DNA of 64,000 bases. Origin: Okamejei kenojei. Its lineage: Eukaryota. Positions 12,055 to 24,989 of the stretch are shown here, piece by piece; the stretch's first letter is position 1, and each line of letters starts with the position of its first letter. The position numbers were made by a program, and so were the translations under genes. The notes under the pieces are model-generated. The model saw nothing but the letters and a program-made list of their open reading frames with translations, was not told where the DNA came from and did not search any database. Location of the stretch: contig CM069133.1 in the NCBI GenBank assembly GCA_035221665.1, positions 35,526,001-35,590,000 on the forward strand, in the 5' to 3' direction.

Positions 12055-14045
12055 GGATCACGACCACAAGATAATACATCTGCAATTTGAGAGGGAGTAG
12101 GCGTAATCGGGCGTGTCATTATTCCAGCTGAGCAAAGGGGACTACAGAGGCATGAGGGAGGGGGTGGCCAAAGTTGAGTGGAAAGGAACATATAAGATGA
12201 TGACGGTGAAACAGCAATTGCAGGAATTTCTGGGAATAATCCGGAAGATGCAGGATCTTTTCATTCCAAAGAGAAAGAAGGTTTCTGGGGCGAGAAAGAG
12301 GCGGCCATGGCTGATAAGGGAAGTCAAGGACAGTACAAAACTAAAAGAGAATGCGTATAACAAAGATTAGTGGGAAGCCAGAGGATAGGGGTGCTTTTAA
12401 AGAACTACATAATCTAACTAAAAAGGCAATGTGGGAAGAAAAGAAGAAATACGAAGGAAAGCCAGCCAATAATATAAAATAGGATAGCATGAGTTTTTTC
12501 AGTTATATGAAGAGTAACAAAGAGGCAAGTGGAAGTTGGGCCGCTGGAGAATGATGCAGGAAAAATTAAAATGGGGAATAAATTAATGGCAGAGGAGTTG
12601 AATAACTATTTTGCATCAGTCTTCACAGTGCAAGACACCAGCAACGTGCCTGAAATTCAAGAGAGTCAAGGGTTGGAAGTTAGTGGAATGGCTATTACTA
12701 GGGAGAAGGAGCTTGGGAAGCTGAAAGGTCTGAACGTGGATAAGTCACCTGGACCAAATGGACTGCAGACTAGGGTTCTGAAAGAGTTGGCTTTAGAGAT
12801 TGTGGAGGCATTGACAATGATATTTCAAGAGACAGGAGGTTCCAGATGATTGGAAAATTGCAAATATTACCCCGCAGCGCAAGAGGGAGCAAAGCAGAAT
12901 ATTGGGGACGACAGGCCGTTAGTTATTAACATGGATAGCAATGTTGGCTGGATTGCAGAAGACAAAAAGTGGCAATAAACGTGGCTTTTTGTGGCTGGCT
13001 GCCAGTGACTAGCGGATTTCCACAGGAGTCAATGCTGGGACCGCTACTCTTCACGTCATATATTCAATTATTCGGACAAGGTGATTGAAGGGTTTGTGGC
13101 CAAGTTTGTGGATGATACGAAAACATGTGGAAGGACAGGTAGTGTAGATAAATTAGGGATTCCGTAGAAGGCCGTGGACCGGTTCGGGGAGTTAGCAGAG
13201 AAGTCGCAGATGGAATATAGTGTATCAAAGTGTGGAGTCAAGCATCTTGGTAGTCAGAATAAAAGCGTAGACTCTTTTCTAGGTGGGGAAATAATCCAAA
13301 ATTCGCAGGTGCAAAGCGACTTGGGAATGCTGTTGCAGGATTCACAAAAAGTGAATCTGCAAGTCGAATCGGTTGTAAAGAAAGCAAACTCAATGCTAGC
13401 ATTTATTACAGGAGGGCATGCATATAAAACAGGGACGTAATGCTGAGGCTCTATAAGGCGCTGGTCAGGCCGCATTTGAAATAATGTGAGTAATGTTGGG
13501 CTTCATATCTGAGGAACGATGTGCTGGCTCTGGAAAGGGTACTGTGGAAGTTTACAAGCATGATCCCAGGAATCAGTAGGTTAATCTATGATGAGCATTT
13601 GTCGGCACTGGGCCTGTACTGCCTGGAGCCTAGAAGAATGAGAGGGGTGGAGGGTTCGTTGAAACTGGCAGAATAGTGAAAGACTTGGACAGATTACATG
13701 TGGAGAGGAAGTTTGCGCAAAGGGGAGTGTCTAAGATTAGAGATCATAGCCTCAGAAGTAAAGGACGTTCTTTTAGGAAGGAAGGGGATAAATTCCTTTA
13801 TTTAGAGGGTGGTGAATCTGTGTGAATGTTTGCCACAGAAGGCTGTAGAGGCCAAGTCAGTGAATATTTTTAAGGCAGAGATGGATAGATTCTTGATTAT
13901 TATCGGTGTCAGAGGTTTTGGGAAAACGCAGGAGAATGGGGTTTTCAGGGAGAGATAGATCAGCCATGATTGAATGGCGGGGTAGATTTGATGGGCTGAA
14001 GGGCCTAATTTTACTACTATCACTTATAACCTTATGACTTTATGA
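12055..14045 (+). mobile_element. Degenerate 5'-truncated CR1 LINE
   Basis: ORF2 pieces (PWLIREVKD, LNNYFASVFT, DKSPGPNGLQTRVLKEL, VKKANSMLAFI) and a 3' tail (cttatgac). Confidence 0.88.
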
Positions 14046-15010
14046 AACTGGAGCACCCGGAGACAGCTACACGGTCACAAGGAGAGCAACAATCTCAGTA
14101 CAGGCAGTACCCGAGGTCAGGATCAAACCCAGGTATCTGGTGTTGTAAGGCAATACATTTACTGCTATGATACTGTGCCGCCCATTTTCATTTAGTTGTG
14201 TCCAATTCCCACAGTCTCATTAATCCAAGAGCATTGTTCCTTTCTCCAGTTCGCTGACGAGCTTTGTGTATGGAGGCTACGTTCAATCAGTGATGAGATT
14301 GATCTTGCTGCAGGCAGAGTTCCGGATGTTCCTCTACTTGAAAGAGAGCGCCAGGCCCATGCCCTCCTCAATTACCTCCACTGTTCCTGGGTGGTCTCCG
14401 ATCTGTGCCATATGCTATATTTCCTGGACGACTGATATCGGTGACAGCGAACAAGGCCTGCAAGAAAATAAGTGGGCGAATATGGACGGTGGAACAGCTC
14501 TATTGGGAGCAAGCATGAACCCAATCGGCTCAATGACATCCTTTGTCTTGTATTAGGTAATTCAGAACAGATCTTAAATTTAAGTATAATAATATAAGAT
14601 TATTTACAGTTTGGACACGCTAGAGGCTGGAAACGTTCCCGATGTTTGGGGAGTTCAGAAACAGGGGCCACAGTTTACGAATAAGGGGTAGGCCATTTAA
14701 AACGGAGGTGAAAAAAATCCTTTTCACACAGAGAATTGTAAGTCTGTGGAATTCTCATCGAGTCTCCGTCATTCGGTAATGGCGCATCTATCTTTCCCTC
14801 TCAATCCCATTCTCCTGCTTTCACTTTCCACATTATAACAGCGATACACTTCAAAAAGGTTTTATTTTTGCTGTTGATAACTTTTGTATATTTCCACGTT
14901 GAATTGCCTTCATAAATACAAACACACAATGTATGTCTGGCAAATCACTGCTTCCTCGCCGGAGTAGAAGCCCAAGACACTTTTGACTCACGATCCACTT
15001 CCCAACACAC

Positions 15011-15310
15011 GCTGGCGCAGCGCTGGAGAATTGCTTCCTTACAGCGTCAGAGACGAGGGTTCGACCCTGTCTACGGGTCCTGTATGTATGAGGGTTTGTA
15101 CGTTCTCCCTGTGACCAGCGTGGATTTTCTCAGAGATCTCCGGTTTCCTCCCACGCTCCAAAATCGTAGAGGTTTGCCAGCTAATTGGCTTGATATAATT
15201 GTGAATTATCCCTAGTCTATGCAGGATGGTGTTAGTGTTGGAGGATCGCCGGTTGGCTCTGACTTAACGGGCCTGTTTCCGCACTGTATTTTAAAGGGAA
15301 CTAAACTAAA
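15011..15310 (+). mobile_element. tRNA-derived SINE (HE1-like)
   Basis: A box tggcgcagcg, B box gggttcgaccc, core gtacgttctccctgtgacc..ggtttcctcccac, and (ctaaa)n tail. Confidence 0.8.
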
Positions 15311-15792
15311 CGCACAAAATAGTAAGATTAAACGAGAACTTACCAGTTTGAAGTTTGATCTTTATTTTATGAGGAGTTGCGATGAGGGATTGCGTGAAGA
15401 CTCCGCCAGCACGCATGCGCGCCATTCTTCAAAGCAGCGGTGTGGAATCACAGAACTATCCAGAATGACTAGCATAGTAAGATTGAAGAGACTCTATATA
15501 CCAGTTTATAGTAGAGGGTTGGGAGCGGAGGGCACGAAATCCCTCAACGCAACGCCTAATCAAATAAAGATCAAACGTCAAAGTGGTAAGTTCTCATTTA
15601 ATCTTACTATTTCATTTCGGAGTCACGTGAGTGACTTCAAAGCTCTGTGATTACAAAGCTCTGTGATTACATGCCCTGGATCACGTGCATGCTCACACAC
15701 GGCCACAATATTGATGGAAGGAGTATATTAACGTATTTCAGACTTGACGAGCTGAAAAATAATAATGTTTATTAATCACAAACAAAAACCCC

Positions 15793-16815
15793 TCATATGG
15801 GGATAAACGTATGTTGCTGACCAGCACTCAGCACGGTCTCCCCAAACCTAGCAGGAGCGGTCACAGGTTTGTTGTAAAACCTCTGGAATGTAGCTTCGCT
15901 AGCCCAGCCCGCTGTGGCGAGCATATGGTCCATGGGCACCTCCATGGTCCTCGCCGCTGATGTGGATGCAGCCCTGGTAGAATGGGATTTAAAGATATTA
16001 ATATCAATACCTGCTGCATCCAGTATCACCCTGAGCCACCTGGAGATCGTCTGCACCATCACCCTGTGATGGGGCTTCTTATGGCTAATCAGCAGGTACC
16101 TCTCCATTCCCCTGAGGGTATGCGTCATTTTAATGTAGTGACGGATATAGGTGGCTATGCAGAGCCTTTCACCAGTGGGGTATGGCGGAAATATCAGCTG
16201 CAGCCCAGTGAACCCAGGTCTATGTTGCTTGAGTAACTCATCAATATAGAAGGTTATTCTATCAGGGGTAGAGACCATATTATCCATATTGATCTTATGT
16301 AAGGTCTGAACCCGCTGAGCTGATGTCAGGGCCATCAACATCACCACTTTCAGGGTTAGTTTGTCCAGCGGTAGTTCAATCATAGGCGACCAATTCCTGA
16401 GGAGGGTTAGCACCACTCCAATGTCCCAGGTAACGTTGTAACGTGGTCGGGGATGGGTTTGAATCGAAGACACCCCTCATTAATTTCGACACCAGCTGGT
16501 GTGATCCTACCCTTGTGCAGAGGTAGGATGACAGTGCGCTCCTGGCACTGTTGATGGCGCTGTAGCTGAGATGTTGGTCATGGTGCAGCCCCTCGAGAAA
16601 TTCCAGCACATGTGGTATCGTGGCAGCGTCATACGTGATGTTGATCCTTGTGGCGTAAGCCAAATTTTCTGATTTGTGTCAGGTACTGCCGTCTGGTAGA
16701 CTCTGCACGATGCTCCGATGGTGCCCATTGTCCTTGGTGTGAGTCCGTCTTGTAGCAGAGGTCTCTTCAAAACCTGCAGGCCAACAGGTTCAAATGACCA
16801 TGGCACGGATGGCAT
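15793..16815 (-). pseudogene. DIRS#1 tyrosine recombinase (frameshifted)
   Basis: LSYSAINSARSALS; ALTSAQRVQTL; FKSHSTRAASTS..AGWASEATFQRFYNK (R, HxxR and Y catalytic motifs). Confidence 0.9.
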
Positions 16816-17180
16816 TCCCCTGTAGTCGGGTTAGTCACCAAATCTGGGGTCTTGTTTAGAAGTGCCCAAGATTCCATAATCATCCCAAGGACCACCGGAT
16901 ACCATGGTTGTGTAGGCCAGTCGGGTATAATTAAAATACCTGTTGCAGAATCTGATTTTATTTTCCAGAATACCCGACTGATGAGGCAAAACGGAAGAAA
17001 TGCATAGAAAAACCATTTCCCCCAGTGCAGTGAGAAAGTGTCCATCGCTATTGCCCAAGGATCTGGTTCCCAAGATACATATGTTGGTATCTGATGGTTC
17101 AACCTGGACGCAAAAAGGTCGATATCTGGTGTACCAAATTTGGCTGTGATTTTTGCAAATATCTGGGGTTCAACATCCAT
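16767..17180 (-). pseudogene. DIRS#1 DNA N6-adenine methyltransferase-like domain
   Basis: FGTPDIDLFASRLN...YAFLPF...IPDWPTQPWYP, the MT domain that follows RNase H in DIRS1-type elements. Confidence 0.82.
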
Positions 17181-18180
17181 TCAATATTATCATTGAATAC
17201 TCGTGACCTGGTGTCCGCTTACCTGGAAGATAGGTAGCTGATATCCAAATATTTCGTTCTATGCACCAGAGCCAAATTGAATTAGCCAATTCATCACAAG
17301 ATATTGACTTGATACAACCCATATGATTTAAATATGCCACCAAAGTGGAATTGTCTATTTGGAGACAGACATGCGTATCACAGAGGCTTGTACAATAAGC
17401 TCGTAGTCCGTGAAATGCCCCCAGCATCTCCAAATAATTTATTCCTTGTGATAAAAGAAGGGTAGATTCATGTGAATCCCATCTGCCGCCACGACTGGAA
17501 GTGGTGTCGGTAGCTCCCCCAACCCTGGGCTCTTGCGTCAGTTTGTAAAAACACTGACAGATTAGGCACAACGATGGACTTGAATGAATTATGAATGTTA
17601 TCAATCCACCATAGTAATTTTGCCTTGATTGGCAGCTGCATAGATCTATCAAAATGTCCATCATTCATTTTTAATGCTGAAATCTTTGTTCTTTGTAAAT
17701 TTGAATAATGTAATGGTCCAAATTGGGCAGATGGAAATGTAGCTACCAATTTCCCAATTACCTTAGCAGCATGTCTGATGGTCGGTGCCCTGGTGCAAAC
17801 AAGTTCATTACATGCTCCAATGATATCCATAGCTTTGTTAGCTGGGATGGTAACAATCATTAGAACAATAATTTGATTGGTGTCAATCGTGAATTCCAGA
17901 CCGTCCATAACCTGTGATGGGTAGAACTGAGATTTGTCTGGATGGATTACAAACCCCATTTTTTGAAACAATGATGTAGTAGCTGTTACTGCTAAATTAG
18001 TTGATTCCATGGTATCTCCTACTATTAGGATGTCATCCAAATAGGCCATGACATTTGTTGCCAACACTGGTTTCAATAATTTGGTAAATAATCTAGGGGC
18101 TGTAGTAAGCCCATTAGGTAGGGCTCTATATTGCCACAGCTGATCCATCCAAACAAACTTTAAGAACTTCCGGTGATGTT
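17170..18180 (-). pseudogene. DIRS#1 RT (3' part) and RNase H
   Basis: ALPNGLTTAPRLFTKLLKP..YLDDILI; QTDA..GWG, INYLEMLG, IDNSTLVAYLN. The 5' part of RT resumes at about 22480-22900. Confidence 0.88.
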
Positions 18181-21100
18181 ATATAAACCATATAACCATA
18201 TAACAATTACAGCACGGAAGCAGGCCCTCTCGGCCCTTCCAGTCCGTGCCGACCAATTGTTTTCCCCTAGTCCCATCTACCTGCACTCAGACCATACCCC
18301 TCCATTTCCTTCACGTCCATATACCTATCCACTTTACTTTTAAATATTAAAATCGATCCTGCCCCCACCACTTTCTGCTGGAAGCTCATTCCACACAGCC
18401 ACCACCCTCTGAGTAAAGAAGTTTCCACTCACGTTACACGTAAACTTCTGTCCCTTAATTCTCATGTCATGCCCTCTTGTTTGAATCTTCCCTACCCTCA
18501 CTGGGAAAAAACGTATCCACGTCAACTCTGTCTATCCCTTTCATCATTTTAAAGACCTCAATCAAGTCCCCCCCTTAACCTTCTGCGCTCCAAAGAATAA
18601 AGACCTAACTTGCTCAACCTTTCTCTGTACCATAGTTGCTGGAACCCTGGCAACATTCTAGTAAATCTCCTCTGTACTCTCTCTGTTTTGTTGACATGCT
18701 TCCTATAATTAGGCGACCAAAATTGTACACCATACTCCAGAATTGGTCTTACCAATGACTTGTACAATTTTTAACATTACTTCCCTACTCCTATATTCAA
18801 TGCTCTGATTTATAAAGGCCAGCACACCAAAGGCTTTCTTTACCACCCTATCTACATGCGATTCCACCTTCAGGGAACTATGCACAGTTATTCCTAGATC
18901 CCTCTGTTCCACAGAATTCCTCAATTCCCTACCATTTACCATGTACGTCCTATTTTGATTTGTCCTGCCAAGATGTAGCACTTCACACTTAACAGCATTA
19001 AACTCCATCTGCCATCTTTCAGCCCACTTTTCCAAATGGCCCAAAGCTCTCTGTAGACTTTGAAAGTCTACTTCAATATCCACAACACCACCTATCTTAG
19101 TATCATCTGCATACTTACTTATCCAATTTTCCACCCCATCATCCAGATCATTGATGTACATGACAAACAACAGTGGACCCAACACAGATCCCTGAGGCAC
19201 CCCACTGGTCACCGGCTTCCAACCTGACAAACAGCCATCCACCATTTACTCTCTGACATCTCCCATTCAGCCACTGTTGAATCCATCTTGCTACTCCGCC
19301 ATTGACACCCAAAGATTGAACCATCTTAAGCAACCTTCCATGGGGAACCTTGTCAAAGGCCTTATGAAATCCATATAGACAACAATGCTTTACCCTCATA
19401 ATTTCCCTAGTTACCGCTTCAAAAAATTCAAGAAGGTTTGTCAAACATGACCTTCCAGGCACTAAATCCATGTTGACTGTTCCTGATCAGACCCTGTTTA
19501 TCCAGATGCTTATATATATTATCTTTAAGTATCCTTTCCATTAATTTTCCCACCACTGACGTCAAACTAATAGGTCTATAATTGCTAGGTTTATTCTTTG
19601 AACCCTTTTTAAAACAATGGAACAACATGCGCAGTACGCCAATCCTCCGGCACTATTCCCGTTTCTAATGACATTTGAAATATTTCTGTCATAGCTCCTG
19701 CTATTTTTTACACTAACTTCCCTCAATGTCCTAGGGAATATCCTGTCAGGAGCCTGGAGATTTATCCACTTTTATATTTTTCAAAAGTTGTCAGTACTTC
19801 CTCCTCTTTGAATCTCATAGTTTCCATAGCTACTCTACTTTTTCCCCGTTAACTCACAGAGTTCAATATCCTTCTCCTTGGTGAATACCGAAGAAAATAA
19901 ATTGTTCAATATCTCCCCCATCTCTTTTGGCTCTGTAGATAGCTGTCCATTCTGGTTCTCTAATGGTCCAATTTTATCCCTCATTATCCTTTTGCTATTA
20001 ATATAGCTGTAGAAACCCTTTGGGTTTTACTTTCACCTTTCTTGCCAAAGCAACCTCATGTCTTCTTTTAGCCTTCCTAATTTATTTCTTAAGATTCTTT
20101 TTACATTCTTTATACTCCTCTAGCACCTCATTTACTCCATGCCTCCTATAATCATTGTAGATATCTCTCTTTTTTCGAAACAAGTGTCCAATGTCCCCCA
20201 TTTCTCTTCTACATCCTTCCCATGAAACAAAGTGTCCCAATTCACTCCTTTAAAATCCTTACGCATTCCCTCAAAGTTAGCCTTTTTCCAATCAGAAATC
20301 TCCACCCTAGGTCCAGTTCTGACTCTCTCCATAATTATATTGAAACTAATGGTATTGTGATCACTGGTCCCGAAGTGCTCACCAACGCATACCTCCGTCA
20401 CCTGACCTACCTCATTTCCTAACAGGACGTCCAGCACTGCCCCTTCTCTGGTCCATACCTCTATGTACTGCTGCAAAAAACTATCCTGCACACATTTTAC
20501 AAACTCCAAACCACCCAGCCCATTTACCGAATGTGTTTCCCAGTCTATTTTTGGAAAATTGAAATCTCCCACAATTACTACCTTGTGCTGAATACTAATA
20601 TATGCTATCTCCTTACATATTTGCTCTTCCAATTCTCGCTCCCCATTTGGCGGTCTATAATACACCCCTAAAAGTGTTGCTACACCGTTCCCACTTCTCA
20701 GTTCCACCCAAATAGCCTCCCTAGACGAGCCCTCTAATCTATCCTGCCAAAGCACTGCTGTAATATCTTCTCTGACAAGCAATGCAACACCTCCCCCTCT
20801 GGTCCCTCCAATTCTATCACACCTGAAGCAACGAAATCCTGGAATATTTAGTTTCCAATCACAGCCCTCCTGCAACCATGTTTCACTGATTGCCACAACA
20901 TCATATTTCCAGGTGTCAATCCACGCTCTAGGTTCATCCACCTTACTTACAATGCTCCTAGCATAAAATATACACATTTTAGAAACCCACCATCCCTTAT
21001 TCTCTGTCTATTATCTTTTTCATCTTTCTCGCCTACATTTTGGGTCCGAGTGCTTCCCTTCTCTGCCTCTTGCCCCACACCCTGACCCCTAGCCCCCTCT

Positions 21101-22211
21101 ACCCGAGTCCCTCCCCCCAGCCTTTCTAGTTTAAAGTCTCCCCAGTAGCCTTTGCAAATCTCCCTGCCGGGATATTGGTCCCCCTCGGGTTCAAGTGCAA
21201 CCCGTCCTTTGTGTACAGATCATGACTTCCCCAAAAGAGGTCCCAGTGATCAAGAAACTTGAATCCCTGCCCACTGCACCAGTCCCTCAGCCACGCATTT
21301 ATCCCCCACCTCATTCCATTGCTACTCTCACTGTCACGCGGCACAGGCAGTAATCCTGAAATTGTTACCCTTTTGGTCCTTCTCCTTAACTTTCCCCCCA
21401 ACTCCCTAAATTCTCCCTTCCGGACCTCGTCACTTTTTCTGCCTGTGTCATTGGTACCTATGTGCAGCACAACATCAGGCTCCTCTCCCTCCCTTATCAG
21501 AATCCTTTGGACACGTTCTGACACATGCGAGACCCTGGCACCAGGGAGGCAAACTACCATCCGGGTCTCCCGACTGCGTCCACAGAATCGCCTATCTGAC
21601 CACCTAACTATAGAGTCCCCTATTACAATTGCCCTCCTCTTTTTGCTACCCTTCTGAGCATCAGGGCCGGTCTCTGTGCCGGAGGCCCGGCCGCTGTTGC
21701 CGCCCCCTCCAATCGTACTCAAACCCGAGTACCTATTTTCCAGGTGTACGGTCGCAGGGGTACTCTCTAGCCCCTGCCTCTGCCCCTTGCCCATCTTAAC
21801 TGTGACCCACTTGTCTGCCTCCTGTGGTCTGGGAGTGACTGCCTCCATGTAGCTCCTCTCTATTACCTCCTCACTCTCCCTGGCCAGACGGAGGTCATCG
21901 AGTTGCTGCTCCAGGTTCCTAACACAGTCCTTTAGGAGCCCCATCTCAACACACCTGGCGCAGATGTGGATGTCTGGAGGGCTATCAGATTCCCTGACCT
22001 CCCACATCTGATATCCAGAACAGTACACTGCCCTGGCCTTCATACTCCCCCCCTTACACAGGATACAATATCAACACAATACAAAGTACACAACAAACTG
22101 CTGGAATCTGACTGCCAATCAGCTGCTTTCCCAAGTCCACTTCCCACCAATCAGCGGCTTCCTCAAAAAAAAAAAACACTTTTCCAAATGGAATGTTATG
22201 GATTTAGGTAA
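18181..22211 (-). mobile_element. Near full-length CR1 LINE nested in the DIRS#1 RT
   Basis: ORF1 at 21126-22043, ORF2 endonuclease (VAISETWL, GDFNFP, SDH) and RT (GVPQGSVLGPLLF, YADD), and an (aaccatat)n 3' tail at 18185-18203. Confidence 0.93.
21126..22043 (-). CDS. CR1 ORF1p (zinc-finger-like, coiled coil, SGNH/GDSL esterase), open 305 aa
   Basis: CSGY..ICARC, IVIGDSIVR, CLPGARV, HIGTND, DGLHLN esterase blocks. Confidence 0.85.
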   Translation of the reverse strand: MKARAVYCSGYQMWEVRESDSPPDIHICARCVEMGLLKDCVRNLEQQLDDLRLARESEEVIERSYMEAVTPRPQEADKWVTVKMGKGQRQGLESTPATVHLENRYSGLSTIGGGGNSGRASGTETGPDAQKGSKKRRAIVIGDSIVRWSDRRFCGRSRETRMVVCLPGARVSHVSERVQRILIREGEEPDVVLHIGTNDTGRKSDEVRKGEFRELGGKLRRRTKRVTISGLLPVPRDSESSNGMRWGINAWLRDWCSGQGFKFLDHWDLFWGSHDLYTKDGLHLNPRGTNIPAGRFAKATGETLN

Positions 22212-22479
22212 AAACAAGCCCCGCGCTTGATTTTTAACCTTACCGGTCGGGTGTCGCTCCTCCCCCTCCTCCTCTTCCAACGGCTCCTGTGGGCCTCTGA
22301 AAAAACAAGCCCCGCGCTTGATTTTTAACCTTACCGGTCGGGTGTCGCTCCTCCCCCTCCTCCTCTTCCAACGGCTCCTGTGGGCCTCTGAAAAAACAAG
22401 CCCCGCGCTTGATTTTTAACCTTACCGGTCGGGTGTTGCTCCTCCCCCTCCTTCTCTTCCAACGGCTCCTGTGGGCCTC
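22210..22479. repeat. 3 x 91-bp near-identical tandem repeat
   Basis: Unit aaaaacaagccccgcgcttgatttttaaccttaccggtcggg...gtgggcctctg; the caagcc anchor recurs at 22215, 22306 and 22397. Confidence 0.95.
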
Positions 22480-22803
22480 GTATGGATCCCGTATTTTAAA
22501 TCGATGCATGCCATGAAGCAACCTCTGGAAAACAGTAATTTGGCTGTATCAAACGTGTCCATTTTAAAATGAGTATATTGCACAAAGGTATTCTGGTGGG
22601 TTAGATCAATAATGATACGACATCCACCATTTTCTTGGTTTTGGTAAAGATGTTAGATACAAACTCAAGATATTCATGAATCGTTTTTTCTATCACCCCT
22701 TTTTGTCCTAGCTTCAAAATTTCAACATGCCCTTCGCTATTTCTTTATGGGGAAAGTGCAAATTTACGGTCTGGTACATGTTGAGGCGGGGGAAGTTGTT
22801 CAT

Positions 22804-24875
22804 TCATGAACTCAATTTCGTACCCCTGAATACTTTGTAAAATAAACAGGTCTGAGGTGAACTCCATGCAACCCCAAAAAAACACAATCTCCCACCAATT
22901 TGTGAGGTTTCACATGCAAACCGTGTATGAGAACCAGACCGCCTTACCTCCATGGTTACCGGCGGGCCTTGACATTTTTGGTGTTCCGTGGAGGTGCTGG
23001 ATTTTGGGTTTGCCGCATCTTCCACGCCGGCCGCTGAGGGCCTAGTCCTAAAAAAGGCTTCTGTTGTTGTTGTTGATGTGATGCTGCCGGCGTGTAGGTC
23101 CTTACTAGCCTGTCTTAAATATGGCAACCTCCGAAATGTCTGCCTGCTGGAAGGAGGCGGTCTCATGAACCCAACTGTCTTCGCTTGGTCATCCAGGTCT
23201 TTGATCTGTTTGGGCAGGTCTTCCCCAAACAACTGTCTCGGCGATGGCGTCGGCGATGCTTTGCATAACCCTGCAAACGTCGGGTTGAGGGTCGGCTTTA
23301 TGGTGATCTTCCGGAATGCATTAATCTCGTATTGAGTGTTGCATGATAGAGCAAGAGTATCCTCTTGCTCTGTAGTCAATTCCATCCCATCTATCGACCT
23401 GGCAAGAGCAGTGATTCCCGACGTGAGCAGCTTCAGGATTTTTTGCAATTTAAGCTCCTGCGCTCTGATCCCTGAGCTGATGTTGCCCCAAATGGGAGTG
23501 TTTACTGTGGGCACATTCAATGTATTACAGTTGTTTGGTGGTTTGTACCTGTTCATTGCTTCATTAAGGACCTGTTCGTGCAGCTGGTGGGTGGCGAGGA
23601 AGTCAATACTAGCTACCAATTTGGGTTGAAGAGGTTGACCCGAGGGCTTTGGCTGGGTGAACTTGGAGACAACTCCTAGAAGTTCTTCCTGGGCCTGTTC
23701 AGGCACCACAGATTCCTGCTGTCGGCCTTCATCGTCTTCACCCAGCTGCTGATCCCCGGCACTCCCCACCAATGATGGGGATATGCTAGGGGCCCCAGCC
23801 ACATATCTCCTTGAACTAGAGGACACACGGTACTGCTGCTGGAGATTGTGTTCCAGGAGACGCTCCATCATGTGCTCCATGCATTCACTGCGACTGCCGC
23901 CACCATCCGCTGATGACAAGTAAGCCCACACCTCGCCGAGGTGATAACACGGGTGGCGTGACAGGATGTCGTTCCCCGCGGTGCTCTGCGACTCCCGCGC
24001 GGACCTACCGCTGGTCCGCCGTCTCTGGACGGAGGCGGCCCGCTAGCCTGATAGGCCCGCTAGCCTGATAGCCCGGTGACGAGTCGGACCCGGCCGCTGA
24101 AGCGTGGTGCCCCGACGTCCGCGCGGGCGTGCCCCCTGTTCTCCTTAGGGACAAAGGCGACATTCGGTCACATCCTGCCGCTAAAGGGGGATGCGGTGAC
24201 CGAGATGAGACTGCACCGGCCCATGATCTGGCGGGCTCCCCCGGTGGTGAGTATGCCGGCCCCACCTGCGGAGCTAGCAGGCTCTGGTCTCGATCCCTCA
24301 GCCGTCCGTGCTCTGGCGGACTGCTCCGGTGGAAAGTCGACCCCGGCTCCTACAGCTGGGCTCACCGACTGGCGTGCGGCTCTTCCCCAGGGTCGCCTTC
24401 TGGTGACCTGTGTGGCTGGGGAGAGAGAACGTGCCGTCGAGCGGGTAACACGCGTACGCACCTTGGCCACACTTCCCCTATGTGTAGGGGATAGTGGCAA
24501 GGAGTCAGAGTCTTGCCTACCCTGCTCCTGCGCGGTGCTCCTTCCACTCTGCTGCTCTGAAGACAGCTGTGGTGGAGAGTCGGGTCTCGTTGGTGTAGGA
24601 CTCCCCGTCTTCCACGCTCTTTTCCTGGCCCAACGAGCTGGTGCTGCCGTTGCAGCGGGCAGCTCCAGGGTATGCAGCCGCTGACTCCTATCAGGTCTTG
24701 CTCCTAGAAATCCTCTTACTCCTGTCCATCGTTCCTGTAAAACAAGTTTCACACATAAACTAACCAGCTCAAGGTTAGTTCCCCTTACCTGAGCGGTCCT
24801 TATGAAGAGCTGGTGGTGGAGCGCGCTCCTCCTCCAGCCGTCGACAGCAACTGCGAGTGACGACATGTCGCGCAT
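22804..24875 (-). pseudogene. DIRS#1 gag-like ORF1 region
   Basis: ORF 22804..23931 (PPNNCNTLNVPTVNTPIW..LFGEDLPKQIKDL) is homologous to the DIRS#2 ORF near 31040-31230 (APVNCDLLKVPVVNHQIW). Confidence 0.75.
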
Positions 24876-24909
24876 ACGTGCTGGCGGGCTTTCACGAAGT
24901 CACTCACTA

Positions 24910-24989
24910 ATTGAAAGACATCACTAAAAGCGCAAGCGTTTTCAATCCAAGCGGAATGCACAATATCACAATGGGGGCAACAAGTGTGA
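24910..24989 (-). pseudogene. Gene A transmembrane exon (5' part), cut by DIRS#1
   Basis: ctctcttcag|TC ACA CTT.. reads VTLVAPIVILCIPLGLKTLALLVMSF; homologous to 61804-61903 including the TM Lys. Confidence 0.82.

Larger units (their letters stand above)
15318..24910 (-). mobile_element. DIRS tyrosine-recombinase retrotransposon #1, with nested CR1
   Basis: Inverted terminal repeats (cgtgaa..ccgccagcacg.atgcgcg near 15393 and, reversed, near 24870-24896), an internal complementary region at about 15530-15640, and gag, RT/RNaseH, MT and YR on the minus strand. Confidence 0.93.

Noticed and set aside
16767-17180. Stand-alone or horizontally acquired DNA adenine methyltransferase
   Set aside because: It is the standard MT domain of DIRS1-type elements and recurs in DIRS#2.
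22210-22479. CRISPR-like array (also considered for 40553-40699)
   Set aside because: Contiguous tandem units with no unique spacers and no cas genes, in a eukaryotic context.
24076-24684. 202-aa plus-strand ORF
   Set aside because: Antisense shadow of the GC-rich DIRS#1 gag 5' region; the many antisense ORFs over CR1 copies were rejected for the same reason.
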